From a virus (Duplodnaviria; Caudoviricetes): a stretch of 64,000 nucleotides of DNA. The stretch lies in IMG/VR virus record IMGVR_UViG_3300021425_002620; one strand, written 5' to 3'. This document shows, piece by piece, positions 36,901 through 46,910 of the stretch. Below the pieces are notes generated by a model. That model ran no database searches, was not told the origin of the DNA, and saw nothing but the letters and a program-made list of their open reading frames with translations. Numbering within the stretch: position 1 is the first letter of the stretch; each line of letters starts with the position of its first letter. The translations under genes were made by a program, and so were the position numbers.

Positions 36901-39900
36901 TTGACGATACTAATCTTACACTTAAAATTTTACCTTATCAAGTTAATGCAAGACCGTCAGATTATAATCATAAACCTTTCCCAATAGTAGACAACTACTA
37001 CAAAGAAGTTAAAGACTCTGGTTATATAAACGAAGATGATATTGCATTTACTATAGAAAATCTTGAAGATATTTTAACTGCTGATGTGAATAGAATATCT
37101 TCAAATCAATACATTTGGGTTACTGGTAGAGATCAAGACTGGGACGTATTACAGCACGTAGTATCAGATTATAAAGTTGTTGGCATCGAAGGGTTTGCAG
37201 AAAGTGCAGATGCTATTGATACAAATGCTAATCCGTTAGCAACTATTACATTAACTAAGGCAACTAATTTTAAAGTTGGAGACGTTATTGGTGTTAGAAG
37301 TTTGGGTCGAGGAAATGATGGTTTTTATCAAATTGAAGGATTGCGTAATAACAAATTAGATGTTAGAACAGGGATTACACAAACTATACAGAACATCGAC
37401 GACGAAAGCGGCAACGGTTACTTAACAATATTACGCAGTGTTCGTGCTACGAATATTCAAGATGCAAATCTAATTATTGAAAAAGATTTAAGGCATGATC
37501 AAAAATTGTGGATTGACGGAACTAATAATAAATGGTCTGTGTTACAGAAACAAGAAAGTTTCTTAGATTTCAAAGAATATTATGTTAAAGACGACGATCT
37601 TGCTGTAAAAAATTCTTATGGTAACTCGATAGCAGTTTCTGCAGAAAATGCAAACATTGCAATAGGTAACTCTGTAGCAAATAATGGTGTAGTTGAACTT
37701 TGGCAACGACCTACTTATAAGAGCGAATTTAAGGTATTAAATGTTTTAAAACCTGATCTTACTACAGCACCAATGGACCCAGGACAAGGCTTTGGCGAAA
37801 GCATTGCAATGTCGCCAGATGGTAAAATTTTAGTAGTAGGTTCACCGAATGCAAGTAATGTTTCAGGACATTACAGAGGATTATGGGACCAAGATACAGC
37901 TTATGAAGGCCATGATATTGTTTCGTATCAAGAAAACTTTTGGCGAGCAGTAAGAGATGTTCCAGCAACAGAAACCGCACTGGTATATAGTACTTTTGAT
38001 AGTTATGGTACAATTGAAGCAGCAGCAACCGCAGCAGGTTTCATTACAAAAGCCACCGAAGAAAATACTGGAACTCCGTTAGAAGACATTGGAGATGTTA
38101 CTTTACTATTACAAGGCCAGCCTTATTTTCCAAATCAAGTAGTTGACCATTTACTAGTAAGGGCTCCGTATGATCAATATCGTGCATCTAAGCCAACCGA
38201 TAACATAGTACTAAAATGGAACCTTTACACAAATTTAAATAGAGCATCTGAAGGCAGTCCAATAGAAGTTTGGCCTAACGGATTAAATGTTACTAACCCA
38301 GAAGAAGGGTATACTATTCCTAACTCTACTTTTATTAATGGCGGATTTACAGGAAACGGCAAACATGAAATTTTAGCAAAAGTTGATTATGTATTGTACC
38401 TAACAGCATTTAATAATCCTCCTTCAATTGGAGATACAATTACAAACGATCAAGGCGCAGCAATTATTGAGTCGGTATTTATTTTACAAGACAAAATGTT
38501 GTTGTATGTAAAAGACACAAATGGTATTTTCCCTAAAACTGCTGAAATTAGAAATAGTGATGAAGATGTAATAGGAGAATATACACAACCTAATTACGAG
38601 TTTATAAACCAACTTGGCGGCTTTTGGAAAATACAAACACAAGAATATATTAATGCAGATGAATTTAGTGATTTAAAATCATTTGGTACACCTGCATATG
38701 GTTTAATTTATCAAGACTTGATAGTTAGTGATGATTTAAGAGATACCAAATACTATTATAATAGTTTAGATTTTGTTTTTCCTAATAATACTAATAGATA
38801 TCTTTCATATATCACAACATTGTCACATAGAGGTTTAGAATATAGCGAAAACCCACAAGACTTTTTTGATAGTCGTTGGCTTGTAAGATTACCGAAAGCC
38901 CTTGACAGTGTTTCAGTCGGTTCAAATATAAGAGTTTATATAGAGCCTCAAAATCCTCAGTATGATTTTGAATTAGCAAGTTTGCACGTAGGTTCTGTTG
39001 TTGCAGATATTAATTCAGACCCTCACGAAATACTTGATTTATGGGATGGCTGGATAGATTTTATACAGATTGACCGTCAACCAGTAGGTGTTGACACTGA
39101 CAGTGACGGACAGTTTCAAGACTTTTTTGAACCATTAGTAGGAAGTGTAATTGAAGATCAGTTTACTGGAGCATCAGCAGAAGTAACCTATTACTTAAAT
39201 AGAAACGTAAACAAGGCTCGTGCTTATATTAAAAATAAAACAGGTAACTTTAGTATAGGAAGTTCGCTAATACTTAATACTATTGAAAACGGAAACCCAA
39301 ATCAGCGTAGAATGGGTGAAATACAAGCAGTATCAACTATCGGTCCTGATACTGGTAGACTAGCAGTACTTGAACATCCGTCGTCAAATAATTTTCCAAT
39401 ACATCCAAATAGTTACGGCGGCCTTGCAGAATTTTCAGATTTAAATGTATTTGCACTTGCAAATAAAGAATATTGGGTTTATGAAGAAGACCAGACCGAA
39501 ACAGGTAGAGATTTACCTGCTAGTGTTCCTTCGGTACTTAATAATGATTGGAATCTAGTGTATAACGCACCAGTTGACAACGAAGGTACATTAAAGAATA
39601 TAACAAACGAAGGTGCATATTCAATCTACACAAGAACTGACTCTTCTTGGAATCTAGTTAGTACCTACACAATTCCAGGCAGTGCTACAGGCCTTGTAGG
39701 TCAGCGTGTAGGACAAAAAGTTGCAATAGCACAAGACGGAGAACTATATAGAATTTATATCGGTTCTAAAGATAAAGTTTATCTGTTAAAACACGGAACT
39801 GATAAAGACGGAAACACATATAATTATGCTCTTGATAAAGATCAAAGATATAGAGGTGCTTGGTCATCTACTGAAAGTTATTTAATAGGCGATATAGTCA

Positions 39901-42900
39901 TTTATAATAGCGAGCTTTATCAAGCGCGAACATTTATCTTAAATGTTGTGCCTACTTTTAGAGACAAGTGGCAAAAAATTGATTATAGAATAAATTATTT
40001 AAGTCATATTCCAAATGATCATCCTTTATATAGCGGTGCTATAGATAATCCAGATGCGTTATTTGATCCGTTAGGCGAAAATGTAATAGATTTTACTAGA
40101 GATCTAGCAGTAAGTCAAAATGGAGAAGTAATAGTAATTTCAGTTGAAACTGACACTACTATTGATGCTGATAACAAAGTATTAATTTATAGGTTAGAAG
40201 ATACTAGATATGTATATCATCAGCAAATAGTTGCACCTACTTCGGGAAGTAACTGGGGTATATCAATAGATATATCTAAAGACGGCAATACTCTTATAAT
40301 TGGCGAACCCGGAAATGATGAAGATGGTTTTGATACTGGTAAAGTATACATTTACACACTAGATCCAAATGGAAATCATTTTGTACTAAAACAAACAATA
40401 TCAGGACCAGGTACAGAACTTGCCGATCAGTTTGGTTATGCAGTGTCTTTGTCTGATGAATATTTAGCAGTGTCTAGTTTTAACGGTAATATTAAAGTTG
40501 AAACAAGATTTGACAGATACCAAGATCCAATTGATTTAGGATCTTATGTATTAGACGAAAACAGTGCCGAAACTACGCAAACTACATTTGACGACGGCTT
40601 TACTACATTCTTGTCAGATCATGTAAACAGTGGCAGCGTCACATTGTATCAAGATATAGAAGGACACTGGTTACAAGCAGAACAGTTAGAGTATATTGGT
40701 ACTAGCGATGTTGACGGCGGCTCAAGATTTGCAAGATCGTTGTTAATGAACGAAAATAATGTGTATGTTGGACTTCCAACTAATCCAACAATAGGCGCCG
40801 GATCTACAAATCCGGGATCGTTCTTAGACTATGTAATGGAGAAAGGCACACATTCTTGGTCTGTAGTTAGATCTCCACAGCCTGTTGTTGACGTAAACAA
40901 GATTAAACATGCATTTTTGTATAACATTAAAACTAATCAACTAGTAACTTACTTAGACTTTGTCGATCCTATTCAAGGAAAGATAGTAGGCGAAGCAGAT
41001 CAAGAAATATCTTGGAAGTCTTATATTGACCTAGCACGATATAATGCTACAAACTTCCCAGAGTTCTTTAGCGAAACTAATAATTGGGAAGAACAAAATG
41101 TAGGAAAAGTTTGGTGGGATATTAGTACAGCAAGATTCAAAGATGCATATCACGGTGATGCAGTATTACAAGCCAATAATTGGAATACACTAGTGCCTGG
41201 GTATAGTGTCGATGTTTATGAATGGGTAGAAAGTGAAGTTATACCTAGCGAATGGGATAGTTTAGCAGATACGCCTGTAGGGTTAAATAGAGGAATTAGT
41301 GGTAAAAGTAAATATGGTGATGATGCATATTCTGTTAAACTAGTATATAATCAAGAAACAGGTGCGTTTAGCGAAAGATATTTCTTCTGGGTTAAAGATA
41401 AATTTACATTACCTGCAAAAGAAAATAGATCTAAAACAGTAAGTGATATTGCTAAACTAATTGCTGATCCAAGGGGACAAGGATATCGATACGTAACACT
41501 TCTAAGTAATGATAGATTTGCACTATATAATTGCGAAAGTCTTATTTCGGATAAAGATGTTGCTCTTAATATTGGTTATTATACGTCTGATGCTGAAGTT
41601 AAAAATATTCACTTTGAGTATCAAATATTGTCAGAAGGACTTGAAACAAGCCTGCCAAAATCAGATCTTGAAAGAAAGTGGATACACAGTTTAGTCGGCT
41701 ATGATGACAGAGGACGAGAAGTTCCAGATCTTACACTGCCTTTAAAACAACGTTATGGAACATTGTTTAAACCACGTCAATCTTGGTTTGTTAATAGGCA
41801 AGAAGCATTAAAAGAAGTAGTTGAACGTGCAAATATTGTTTTAAGAAACAATGTTATTGTAGATGATTTTGACCTTACCTTACTCAACGCAAAAGAAGAA
41901 GTGCCGTTAGTATCTACAAGATTGTATGATAGAATTGTAGATACTGAATTAGATTTACAATTCTTAGGTACTGCTAAAGTTGAAACTGCTGTATTAACTC
42001 CTATTGTTTCAGATAACGGATCTGTTAGAAGAGTTGCAATCCAAAATTCAGGCAGAGGTTATAATGACTTAACATTTGTTCCAACTACAAGTACAAAAAG
42101 AAATGGCCCAAGTTATACAATAATTGGTGATGGAACAGATCTTGATCTAGATATTACTATTAATAATTTAGGTCAAATTACAAAAGTTGATATTATAAAT
42201 GCAGGACAAAATTTTACTAGCAATACACAAATTGTTGTAAGACCATTGAGTGTACTGGTACGTTCTGATTCAACAGCAGATGGCCGCTGGGCAATTTATC
42301 ACTATGATACACAAGATGATGTTACTCCTTGGAAACGTATCCAAGTCCAAAGTTTTGATACTTCGTTATATTGGGATTATGAAGATTGGTATGCCGATGG
42401 TTATAACCAATTTACACAGGTAGATTTCTTAGTTGATCAAAGCTATCAGCTTTACAGTTTAGATGACGAAATTGGTGATATTATTAAAATAAAAGAAATT
42501 GGAACAGCGGGTTGGTTATTGCTTAAAAAAGTAGATAATACTGGTGATAGAGATTACACTTTTGACTATGAAACAATTGGTAGAGAAAATGGTACTATCC
42601 AGTTTAATAATAAAATATATAACAAAAACTCTAGTTTTGTAGGATTTGACAATTACCCTTACGATGGTAATTTTTATGATACAGAGCCTGTTGAAGAAAC
42701 AAGAAATATCTTATCTGCATTAAAAGATAATTTATTTATTGATAATTTAGCTGTACATTATAACGAATTATTCTTTGCAAGTGTACGATATGTACTAAGT
42801 GAACAATTAAATGTTGATTGGGTATTTAAAACTAGTTTTGTAAAAGCAAAACATAATGTTGGAGAATTAGAACAAAAAATAACTTATCAAAATGATAGTC

Positions 42901-45900
42901 TACCTAGTTATAATGATTATATTAATGAAGTAAAACCATATTCAACTAGTATTAGAGAATATTTAAGTTCTTATGAAAAAACAGATAATACACGTACACT
43001 AGTTAGTGATTTTGACGTTCCTCCATACTATGACAGAGATACTAAAAAGATTACTCCTGCAAAAGTAACTGTTATAGATGATGAACTAGTAATTTATGAT
43101 GATAGATTTGACGAATATCCTGACAAAAATTGGAAAGATAATGTTGGTTACAAAGTAACATCAGTTAACATTTTTGATCCTGGTGCAGGATATACTGTAG
43201 CCCCAACTATTACGTTTGTTGGCGGAGGTGGCACTGGTGCAAAAGCAAAAGCCTACATTGGTGCTGGCAAAATTAGATCTATTGAAATAACTGATCCCGG
43301 TACTGGATACATAAGTGCTCCTGAAATTATACTATCTGGTTCTGTATCAAATAACGGCCGCTCTGGTTCATTAAATGCAGTAATAGGAGATACAGTAGTA
43401 AGATCAATGAATGTCAATGTTAAATTTGACAGAGTATCTGGTCAATTTTTTGTAATTGACTTACCAGAAACACAGCAGTTTACAGGTACCGGAGCAAAAA
43501 CTAAATTTGATTTAAAATGGCCAATGGATCTTAGAAACAATAAGATTCAAGTGTTTATTAATGATGAAAAAGCACTTAGAAATGATTATGTATACTTAAA
43601 CGTTACTAATAACGACCTTTCTTATACAAGACAGCTAGGGCAAATTGCATTTGTAAGACCTCCAGAATTAGATTCTGTAATAAGAATTGAATATTTTAAA
43701 GATCCTGCTATGCTATCAGCCCAGGATAGGATTAAACATAGGTACTATCCTACAGAAGGAATGCCGGGTGTTGACCTAGGACAACTAATGTCTGGTGTTG
43801 ACTATGGCGGCGTTGAAGTTAGAAGTTTTGACTTTGATGGTCCTGCAGGTTGGGACACAGACGAATGGTATACATCAACTTGGGACACTTATGATAATAC
43901 CTTTGAAGACCAACTTTTTGTTGCAGATGGTTCAACAACAGTTATTGAACTTGAAACACCATTAGAAAAAGATGTAATTTATAATATCTATAGAAACGGT
44001 GTTAGAATTGATGATCCTAGCTATCCAAGTAATCCGTCAAATCCAAATGCAGAAATGCCTAGCATTACAGGCAATGGAACACAAATTTTAATTAACTTGG
44101 CAGACTTTGGTATTATTGGACTTGATGGAGATAGGTTTGTTGTGAGAAAAATATCTTCAGACGGTTCTTTCTTGCCTGACGCTACAGCATACGATACTCA
44201 ATTAATTGGTGGCGACTTCTTAGGCAATGCACAGGGTGTAAATGCAGAAGATATTATTATTGATGGCGATCTGTTTGTTACTAGTATTAATAGCGGCGGC
44301 CCTGAAGAACTAGTACCGGGACAAGTATTAGATACTGTTGATATTACTGTTTATGAAAGAACAGGATCTGGCAACGGAGACATATATAATCAAACATTTA
44401 TAACTAATACAACTGATGTAGTGTTTAATATGGGAATATTACCAAGTAGCGATGATGCAGTAATTGTAAAACTTGACGGAGAAATTTTAGATAGCAGCAA
44501 ATATACTTTAGACTACAAGGCGCTTACTATAACATTTAAAGAGACATTTGATGCTAACCAAAGTTTAAATATTTTAACAATTGGAGTCACTGGACAAAAT
44601 ATTCTAAATATTTCACAAATTATTACAGATGGTATTAATATTGCATTTGAAACAACAACACCTTGGGAAAGTACATTACAAATTTATACTAGACTTAACG
44701 GTAAAATTACAGAAGAATTAGAAGTTATTGCAAGAAAAAGCGCAAACGGATTTGTTGAGTTCTTATTCAATCCAGATATACCAGAGGCTGGTAATATTTT
44801 AGATTACGAAATATATTCAAATATAGAACAACAAAATTACAGCAGAGTAGTTAGAGATTCTTATCTTGCAGATATAGGACAAAAAGAATATATACTATCT
44901 GAAACTCCAATATACAAAACACCAAGTTCTTTCTTTACAGTAGTAATGTTAGACAATAAAGTTCAAAGACCAGGATATCAAAGAGTGTTTGTTGTTGAAG
45001 ATGCTAATGAATTAAATTATAGATTGGAAACATTCCAAGTACCGTTTTCGTCAATAGATATTGACGAAGTATTTGTATATGTCAATGGTAATCTATTAAC
45101 AAGGAATGTTTCGTTTACTGTTAATATTAGTAATAGCAGTATTAATTTCTTACCTGGATTATTAAATGAAGGTGATAAAATTGAAATATTCTTAGAAAAT
45201 GGTAGTTACACAATTGAAGGAAGTAAACTAATACTAAATCAAGAGCCCGTTGTAGGTACAAAAGTTGAAGTTATTCAATTTAGTAATCATGATGTTGTTG
45301 ATATACATCGTACTAGTTATGATATTGAAAGACCAAACACTTTAGCTTCAGGTGCAGAATTTAATAGATATCATAATTTAACTGCTGGTAAAATTATACT
45401 TAATGTTCCTGCAATTGAAGTACAGTACATATGGATTGCTGTTAACGGCGAACTGTTAACACCAACAGTTGATTATAAATTATCTACACCACAATTAATA
45501 CAATTGAATAATACACTAAATGAAGGCGACGACATTGATATTATTCACTTTGCAGCACCAATTGCAACACCTGTTATTGCATGGAAGCAATTTAAAGATA
45601 TTCTTAATAGAACACATTACAAGCGTTTTGATACAGCAGAAGGAATATATCTAACACAGCCTTTAAATAATAATGATTTGCGTATATATGTCAATGATAC
45701 AACAACATTACAAAAACCAAATAAAAAATTAAATCAACCAGGTATTATTTGGATTGAAAAAGAGCGTATTGAGTATTTTGCAATAGACGGAAATTCACTT
45801 CGCCAACTTCGAAGATCAACCCACGGTACAGGTACAGGTGATATATATGATATAGGTACACCAGTCTATGCAATGGGTATTGCTAAAAATATGCCTTATA

Positions 45901-46268
45901 AGGACGAAGTAATAACTAGCAATTATACAGCAACAGATCAGCAATCGTTCTTTATATTAGACTTTACACCTAACAGTGTAAACGAATTTGAAGTATTTGC
46001 AGCAGGCAAAAGGTTGCGTAAAAACGAAATTAAATCTTTTGATCCTACACTAGCACTAGACAGTCCAGATGGTGATGTTATATTACCGCCTGAATTTACA
46101 GTAGTTAACAATACCTTGGCTTTAACAGAGCCGCTAGAAGAAGGTCAAAAACTAACAGTAGTAAGAAAAATTGGCAAACTATGGAATAACACCGGTGAAC
46201 CACTTAAAGATGCAGAAAATGACATTGCAAGATTCTTGCGTAAGAGCATAAGTGAATTACCGAAATAA
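30972..46268 (+). CDS. Giant baseplate wedge/receptor-binding protein at the gp7 position (5098 aa)
   Basis: Starts with LLP.YFRT..N.K.LSST.DQL and follows gp6. Contains FG-GAP-like propeller repeats, W/Y-rich CBM-like repeats and many beta-sandwich repeats (V.VNG). Confidence 0.75.
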   Translation: MANNEDAALPVGGNAKRKSVNLLPKYFRTDTNEKILSSTVDQLFQAGTTEKITGYLGRKTAKAYRAKDTYIEDVSVQRQNRQFEPATVITDDLGNVNFYGDYPDYVNQIKNLSGNNENQNLLSSQEFYAWNPNIDWDKFVNFREYYWMPNGPQTVNIFGTSDSEISEFTVTTEVQDDNTVYKFDPPGFTANPSLTFYRGQTYKFKVRCKGHPISFTTNRKFNDAEFKLVQDSEGNYIVMTPSNGEIRSTNIRTPKNNLRVPGVYQITDFVTTQDGELATFEVTITEDGNVSSVRVIEGGQNFIVGEVVTFFDSDLGDGGAPNVRIEVTSVYNNATSTSNRYVDGIKAFDVDNNEIPPINIEEGTIEFTVPFNAPENLYYVSSTSINTSGFIKVFDIVENTSIDVNEIIGKRYYKSANGVELSNGLKINFLGNVTPAEYSNSEYYVEGVGESIRLVDERNLVIPASYTGDVLVPFDSEPFDRRPFGNASAYAGTKDYIVVNRASLDRNAWSRYNRWFHKDIIEKSAKYNNQEVVIDLSERASRPIIEFEAGLKLFNYGINSKHDVDLIDTITTDAFSTIEKTTGYNIDGVSIANGMRILFTADTDKRVNNKIYEVKIIRFDNENVISLLEVEDSEPVLNETVLVKNGTDNAGLIYYFNGTGWHLAQEKTQPNQPPLFDLFDHSGTSFADTIQYPDSTFRGTKIFNYKVSEVEAPDAELGFGLSYKNIENLGDILFEFPLVTEQIQYSLDNQILTYNLEAGFLKKYNSVTEFVYQNGWTSANKLSEQAAIMQYISLGTDNEEFDINVFTSIHDRIIVFVNNDIKYENTDYTISDDRKLQFTNNLNVDDNIVIKLYSKEAIVNPNAYYEIASNIERNPLNENPDSFTLGEVLDHVNTIQENLSILEQKPLRDYGDVDQYGRRFVKHSGPINLALYHVVDKEANIVKALRFSKNEYAKFKRQFLQTASDLGFDGPVKLHVDKVLQKMMSEKTEGMPFYFSDMAPYRSDSRISYVVQPSSSKFFALSKLFNLDSLSEQAVLVYHNGNQLIHDKDYVFTDEGFVKINIDLVNGDEIDIYEYESTDGCYIPATPTKLGLYPAYHPVKYLDTTTALNREVIQGHDGSIIVAFGDFRDNLILDLEKRIFNNIKQKYNKDIFDINDFVGGVSRNTGFTRQQINSAMAADFVQWNDIAGGLDYSNIDFWTQTNRFTFNFASMNAPTGATLPGFWRGVYKEAYDTDRPHTHPWEMLGFTIEPTWWVEVYGPAPYTNSNLVMWEDIEKGIIKNPNSQPVVESKYKRPGLLNNLPVDSQGRLVDPLTSNYAKNYIQSNTRNQFTYGDHSPVETAWRQSSEYPFALITSWILNQPAKVLGIGYDISRIKRNLVGHLVYTESNTPIRTTDLVFPNTYNDNERVLSSGLVNYVYNYLATNIDVTWKSYIENIKLIDNKLSIKVGGYTEKEKFKLILDSRTPLNEGNVFVPEENYQIILNKSAPVTTAVLSGVIVEKRANGWSISGYDKEKASFDYFEPIIRSTDPVINVGGISEEFVDWNSGKQYVKSQNVRLDGFFYRCTSSHISGATIDLDKFVKIAELPLVGGRDGVLRRAFSSRVLNYPYGTTLTTVQDVVDFLLGYEAYLKDQGFIFDYFNKETGSIEDWTFSVKEFLFWTTQNWAVNSVLTLSPGAQQFKFYKDFTVVDDIFDKFYNYSVVKADGKNLQRNFTSIARDSENQFGLSVKNSEDGIYGVRLPLVQIEHVILLDNETVFNDVIYDRPAGYRQERIKVTGYRSDNWTGGLNIPGFIYDEAKVTDWESWKDYSVGSLVKYKEFYYVSKTDLAGVENFVPEDWERLDERPQSRLIPNFDYRSIQFADFYDLDSDNFDVEQQKHAQHLIGYQKRQYLSNIINDDVSQYKFYQGFIQDKGTTNALTKLFDALGSDNKDSLEFFEEWALRTGQYGAVDSYEEVEYIIDENQLKVQPQTVELVNDLTIDDTNLTLKILPYQVNARPSDYNHKPFPIVDNYYKEVKDSGYINEDDIAFTIENLEDILTADVNRISSNQYIWVTGRDQDWDVLQHVVSDYKVVGIEGFAESADAIDTNANPLATITLTKATNFKVGDVIGVRSLGRGNDGFYQIEGLRNNKLDVRTGITQTIQNIDDESGNGYLTILRSVRATNIQDANLIIEKDLRHDQKLWIDGTNNKWSVLQKQESFLDFKEYYVKDDDLAVKNSYGNSIAVSAENANIAIGNSVANNGVVELWQRPTYKSEFKVLNVLKPDLTTAPMDPGQGFGESIAMSPDGKILVVGSPNASNVSGHYRGLWDQDTAYEGHDIVSYQENFWRAVRDVPATETALVYSTFDSYGTIEAAATAAGFITKATEENTGTPLEDIGDVTLLLQGQPYFPNQVVDHLLVRAPYDQYRASKPTDNIVLKWNLYTNLNRASEGSPIEVWPNGLNVTNPEEGYTIPNSTFINGGFTGNGKHEILAKVDYVLYLTAFNNPPSIGDTITNDQGAAIIESVFILQDKMLLYVKDTNGIFPKTAEIRNSDEDVIGEYTQPNYEFINQLGGFWKIQTQEYINADEFSDLKSFGTPAYGLIYQDLIVSDDLRDTKYYYNSLDFVFPNNTNRYLSYITTLSHRGLEYSENPQDFFDSRWLVRLPKALDSVSVGSNIRVYIEPQNPQYDFELASLHVGSVVADINSDPHEILDLWDGWIDFIQIDRQPVGVDTDSDGQFQDFFEPLVGSVIEDQFTGASAEVTYYLNRNVNKARAYIKNKTGNFSIGSSLILNTIENGNPNQRRMGEIQAVSTIGPDTGRLAVLEHPSSNNFPIHPNSYGGLAEFSDLNVFALANKEYWVYEEDQTETGRDLPASVPSVLNNDWNLVYNAPVDNEGTLKNITNEGAYSIYTRTDSSWNLVSTYTIPGSATGLVGQRVGQKVAIAQDGELYRIYIGSKDKVYLLKHGTDKDGNTYNYALDKDQRYRGAWSSTESYLIGDIVIYNSELYQARTFILNVVPTFRDKWQKIDYRINYLSHIPNDHPLYSGAIDNPDALFDPLGENVIDFTRDLAVSQNGEVIVISVETDTTIDADNKVLIYRLEDTRYVYHQQIVAPTSGSNWGISIDISKDGNTLIIGEPGNDEDGFDTGKVYIYTLDPNGNHFVLKQTISGPGTELADQFGYAVSLSDEYLAVSSFNGNIKVETRFDRYQDPIDLGSYVLDENSAETTQTTFDDGFTTFLSDHVNSGSVTLYQDIEGHWLQAEQLEYIGTSDVDGGSRFARSLLMNENNVYVGLPTNPTIGAGSTNPGSFLDYVMEKGTHSWSVVRSPQPVVDVNKIKHAFLYNIKTNQLVTYLDFVDPIQGKIVGEADQEISWKSYIDLARYNATNFPEFFSETNNWEEQNVGKVWWDISTARFKDAYHGDAVLQANNWNTLVPGYSVDVYEWVESEVIPSEWDSLADTPVGLNRGISGKSKYGDDAYSVKLVYNQETGAFSERYFFWVKDKFTLPAKENRSKTVSDIAKLIADPRGQGYRYVTLLSNDRFALYNCESLISDKDVALNIGYYTSDAEVKNIHFEYQILSEGLETSLPKSDLERKWIHSLVGYDDRGREVPDLTLPLKQRYGTLFKPRQSWFVNRQEALKEVVERANIVLRNNVIVDDFDLTLLNAKEEVPLVSTRLYDRIVDTELDLQFLGTAKVETAVLTPIVSDNGSVRRVAIQNSGRGYNDLTFVPTTSTKRNGPSYTIIGDGTDLDLDITINNLGQITKVDIINAGQNFTSNTQIVVRPLSVLVRSDSTADGRWAIYHYDTQDDVTPWKRIQVQSFDTSLYWDYEDWYADGYNQFTQVDFLVDQSYQLYSLDDEIGDIIKIKEIGTAGWLLLKKVDNTGDRDYTFDYETIGRENGTIQFNNKIYNKNSSFVGFDNYPYDGNFYDTEPVEETRNILSALKDNLFIDNLAVHYNELFFASVRYVLSEQLNVDWVFKTSFVKAKHNVGELEQKITYQNDSLPSYNDYINEVKPYSTSIREYLSSYEKTDNTRTLVSDFDVPPYYDRDTKKITPAKVTVIDDELVIYDDRFDEYPDKNWKDNVGYKVTSVNIFDPGAGYTVAPTITFVGGGGTGAKAKAYIGAGKIRSIEITDPGTGYISAPEIILSGSVSNNGRSGSLNAVIGDTVVRSMNVNVKFDRVSGQFFVIDLPETQQFTGTGAKTKFDLKWPMDLRNNKIQVFINDEKALRNDYVYLNVTNNDLSYTRQLGQIAFVRPPELDSVIRIEYFKDPAMLSAQDRIKHRYYPTEGMPGVDLGQLMSGVDYGGVEVRSFDFDGPAGWDTDEWYTSTWDTYDNTFEDQLFVADGSTTVIELETPLEKDVIYNIYRNGVRIDDPSYPSNPSNPNAEMPSITGNGTQILINLADFGIIGLDGDRFVVRKISSDGSFLPDATAYDTQLIGGDFLGNAQGVNAEDIIIDGDLFVTSINSGGPEELVPGQVLDTVDITVYERTGSGNGDIYNQTFITNTTDVVFNMGILPSSDDAVIVKLDGEILDSSKYTLDYKALTITFKETFDANQSLNILTIGVTGQNILNISQIITDGINIAFETTTPWESTLQIYTRLNGKITEELEVIARKSANGFVEFLFNPDIPEAGNILDYEIYSNIEQQNYSRVVRDSYLADIGQKEYILSETPIYKTPSSFFTVVMLDNKVQRPGYQRVFVVEDANELNYRLETFQVPFSSIDIDEVFVYVNGNLLTRNVSFTVNISNSSINFLPGLLNEGDKIEIFLENGSYTIEGSKLILNQEPVVGTKVEVIQFSNHDVVDIHRTSYDIERPNTLASGAEFNRYHNLTAGKIILNVPAIEVQYIWIAVNGELLTPTVDYKLSTPQLIQLNNTLNEGDDIDIIHFAAPIATPVIAWKQFKDILNRTHYKRFDTAEGIYLTQPLNNNDLRIYVNDTTTLQKPNKKLNQPGIIWIEKERIEYFAIDGNSLRQLRRSTHGTGTGDIYDIGTPVYAMGIAKNMPYKDEVITSNYTATDQQSFFILDFTPNSVNEFEVFAAGKRLRKNEIKSFDPTLALDSPDGDVILPPEFTVVNNTLALTEPLEEGQKLTVVRKIGKLWNNTGEPLKDAENDIARFLRKSISELPK

Positions 46269-46271
46269 ATA
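46266..46271 (+). promoter_or_regulatory. Late promoter TAAATA overlapping the stop of the giant gene
   Basis: ATAAATAC, 18 nt before the ATG at 46290. Confidence 0.65.
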
Positions 46272-46289
46272 CACTTGTAGGAACGGAAA

Positions 46290-46910
46290 ATGACAAACAT
46301 GATAAATGAACATAACGGAGTATTTGTGCAAGGACACATTAAGATACACAACCCCGAAACGGGAGAAGTTCTTGTTGACAAAAAGAACGCAATACACTAT
46401 GAAAATATGAGTATTGCACTTGCAGAAAGTTTAGGCAATGCCGGACAAGGTCCTATTGCTGAAATGAGTTTTGGTAATGGCGGCACTAATGTTGACCCAA
46501 CAGGGATTATTACATACTTAACGCCAAACACTACCGGAACTAATGCAGGTTTATATAACCAAACATTTACTAAAGTAGTAGATGATAGAAACGCTGATAA
46601 TACCGATCCTACAAGAAATAAAATTGAAACTAGACATATTAGCGGAACTAATTACACAGATATCTTAATTACATGTTTGTTAGATTATGGTGAACCAAAC
46701 GGTCAGGATGCTTTTGATACAGCATCTGACGAAAATGCATTATATGTATTTGATGAACTAGGTCTAAGAAGTTCAAGTCAAACTGGACAATTAGGCGAAG
46801 GTCAACTTTTAACACATGTTATTTTCCATCCTGTGCAAAAGAGCTTAAACAGACTAATACAAATTGATTATACTGTAAGAGTACAAAGTTTGAGCGGAGG
46901 TAATTCATAA
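46290..46910 (+). CDS. Baseplate/tail-collar structural protein (gp8 position)
   Basis: Motifs FDELGL and LLTHVIFHPVQKSLNR.IQIDYTVR; beta-rich; sits in the baseplate operon. Confidence 0.5.
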   Translation: MTNMINEHNGVFVQGHIKIHNPETGEVLVDKKNAIHYENMSIALAESLGNAGQGPIAEMSFGNGGTNVDPTGIITYLTPNTTGTNAGLYNQTFTKVVDDRNADNTDPTRNKIETRHISGTNYTDILITCLLDYGEPNGQDAFDTASDENALYVFDELGLRSSSQTGQLGEGQLLTHVIFHPVQKSLNRLIQIDYTVRVQSLSGGNS

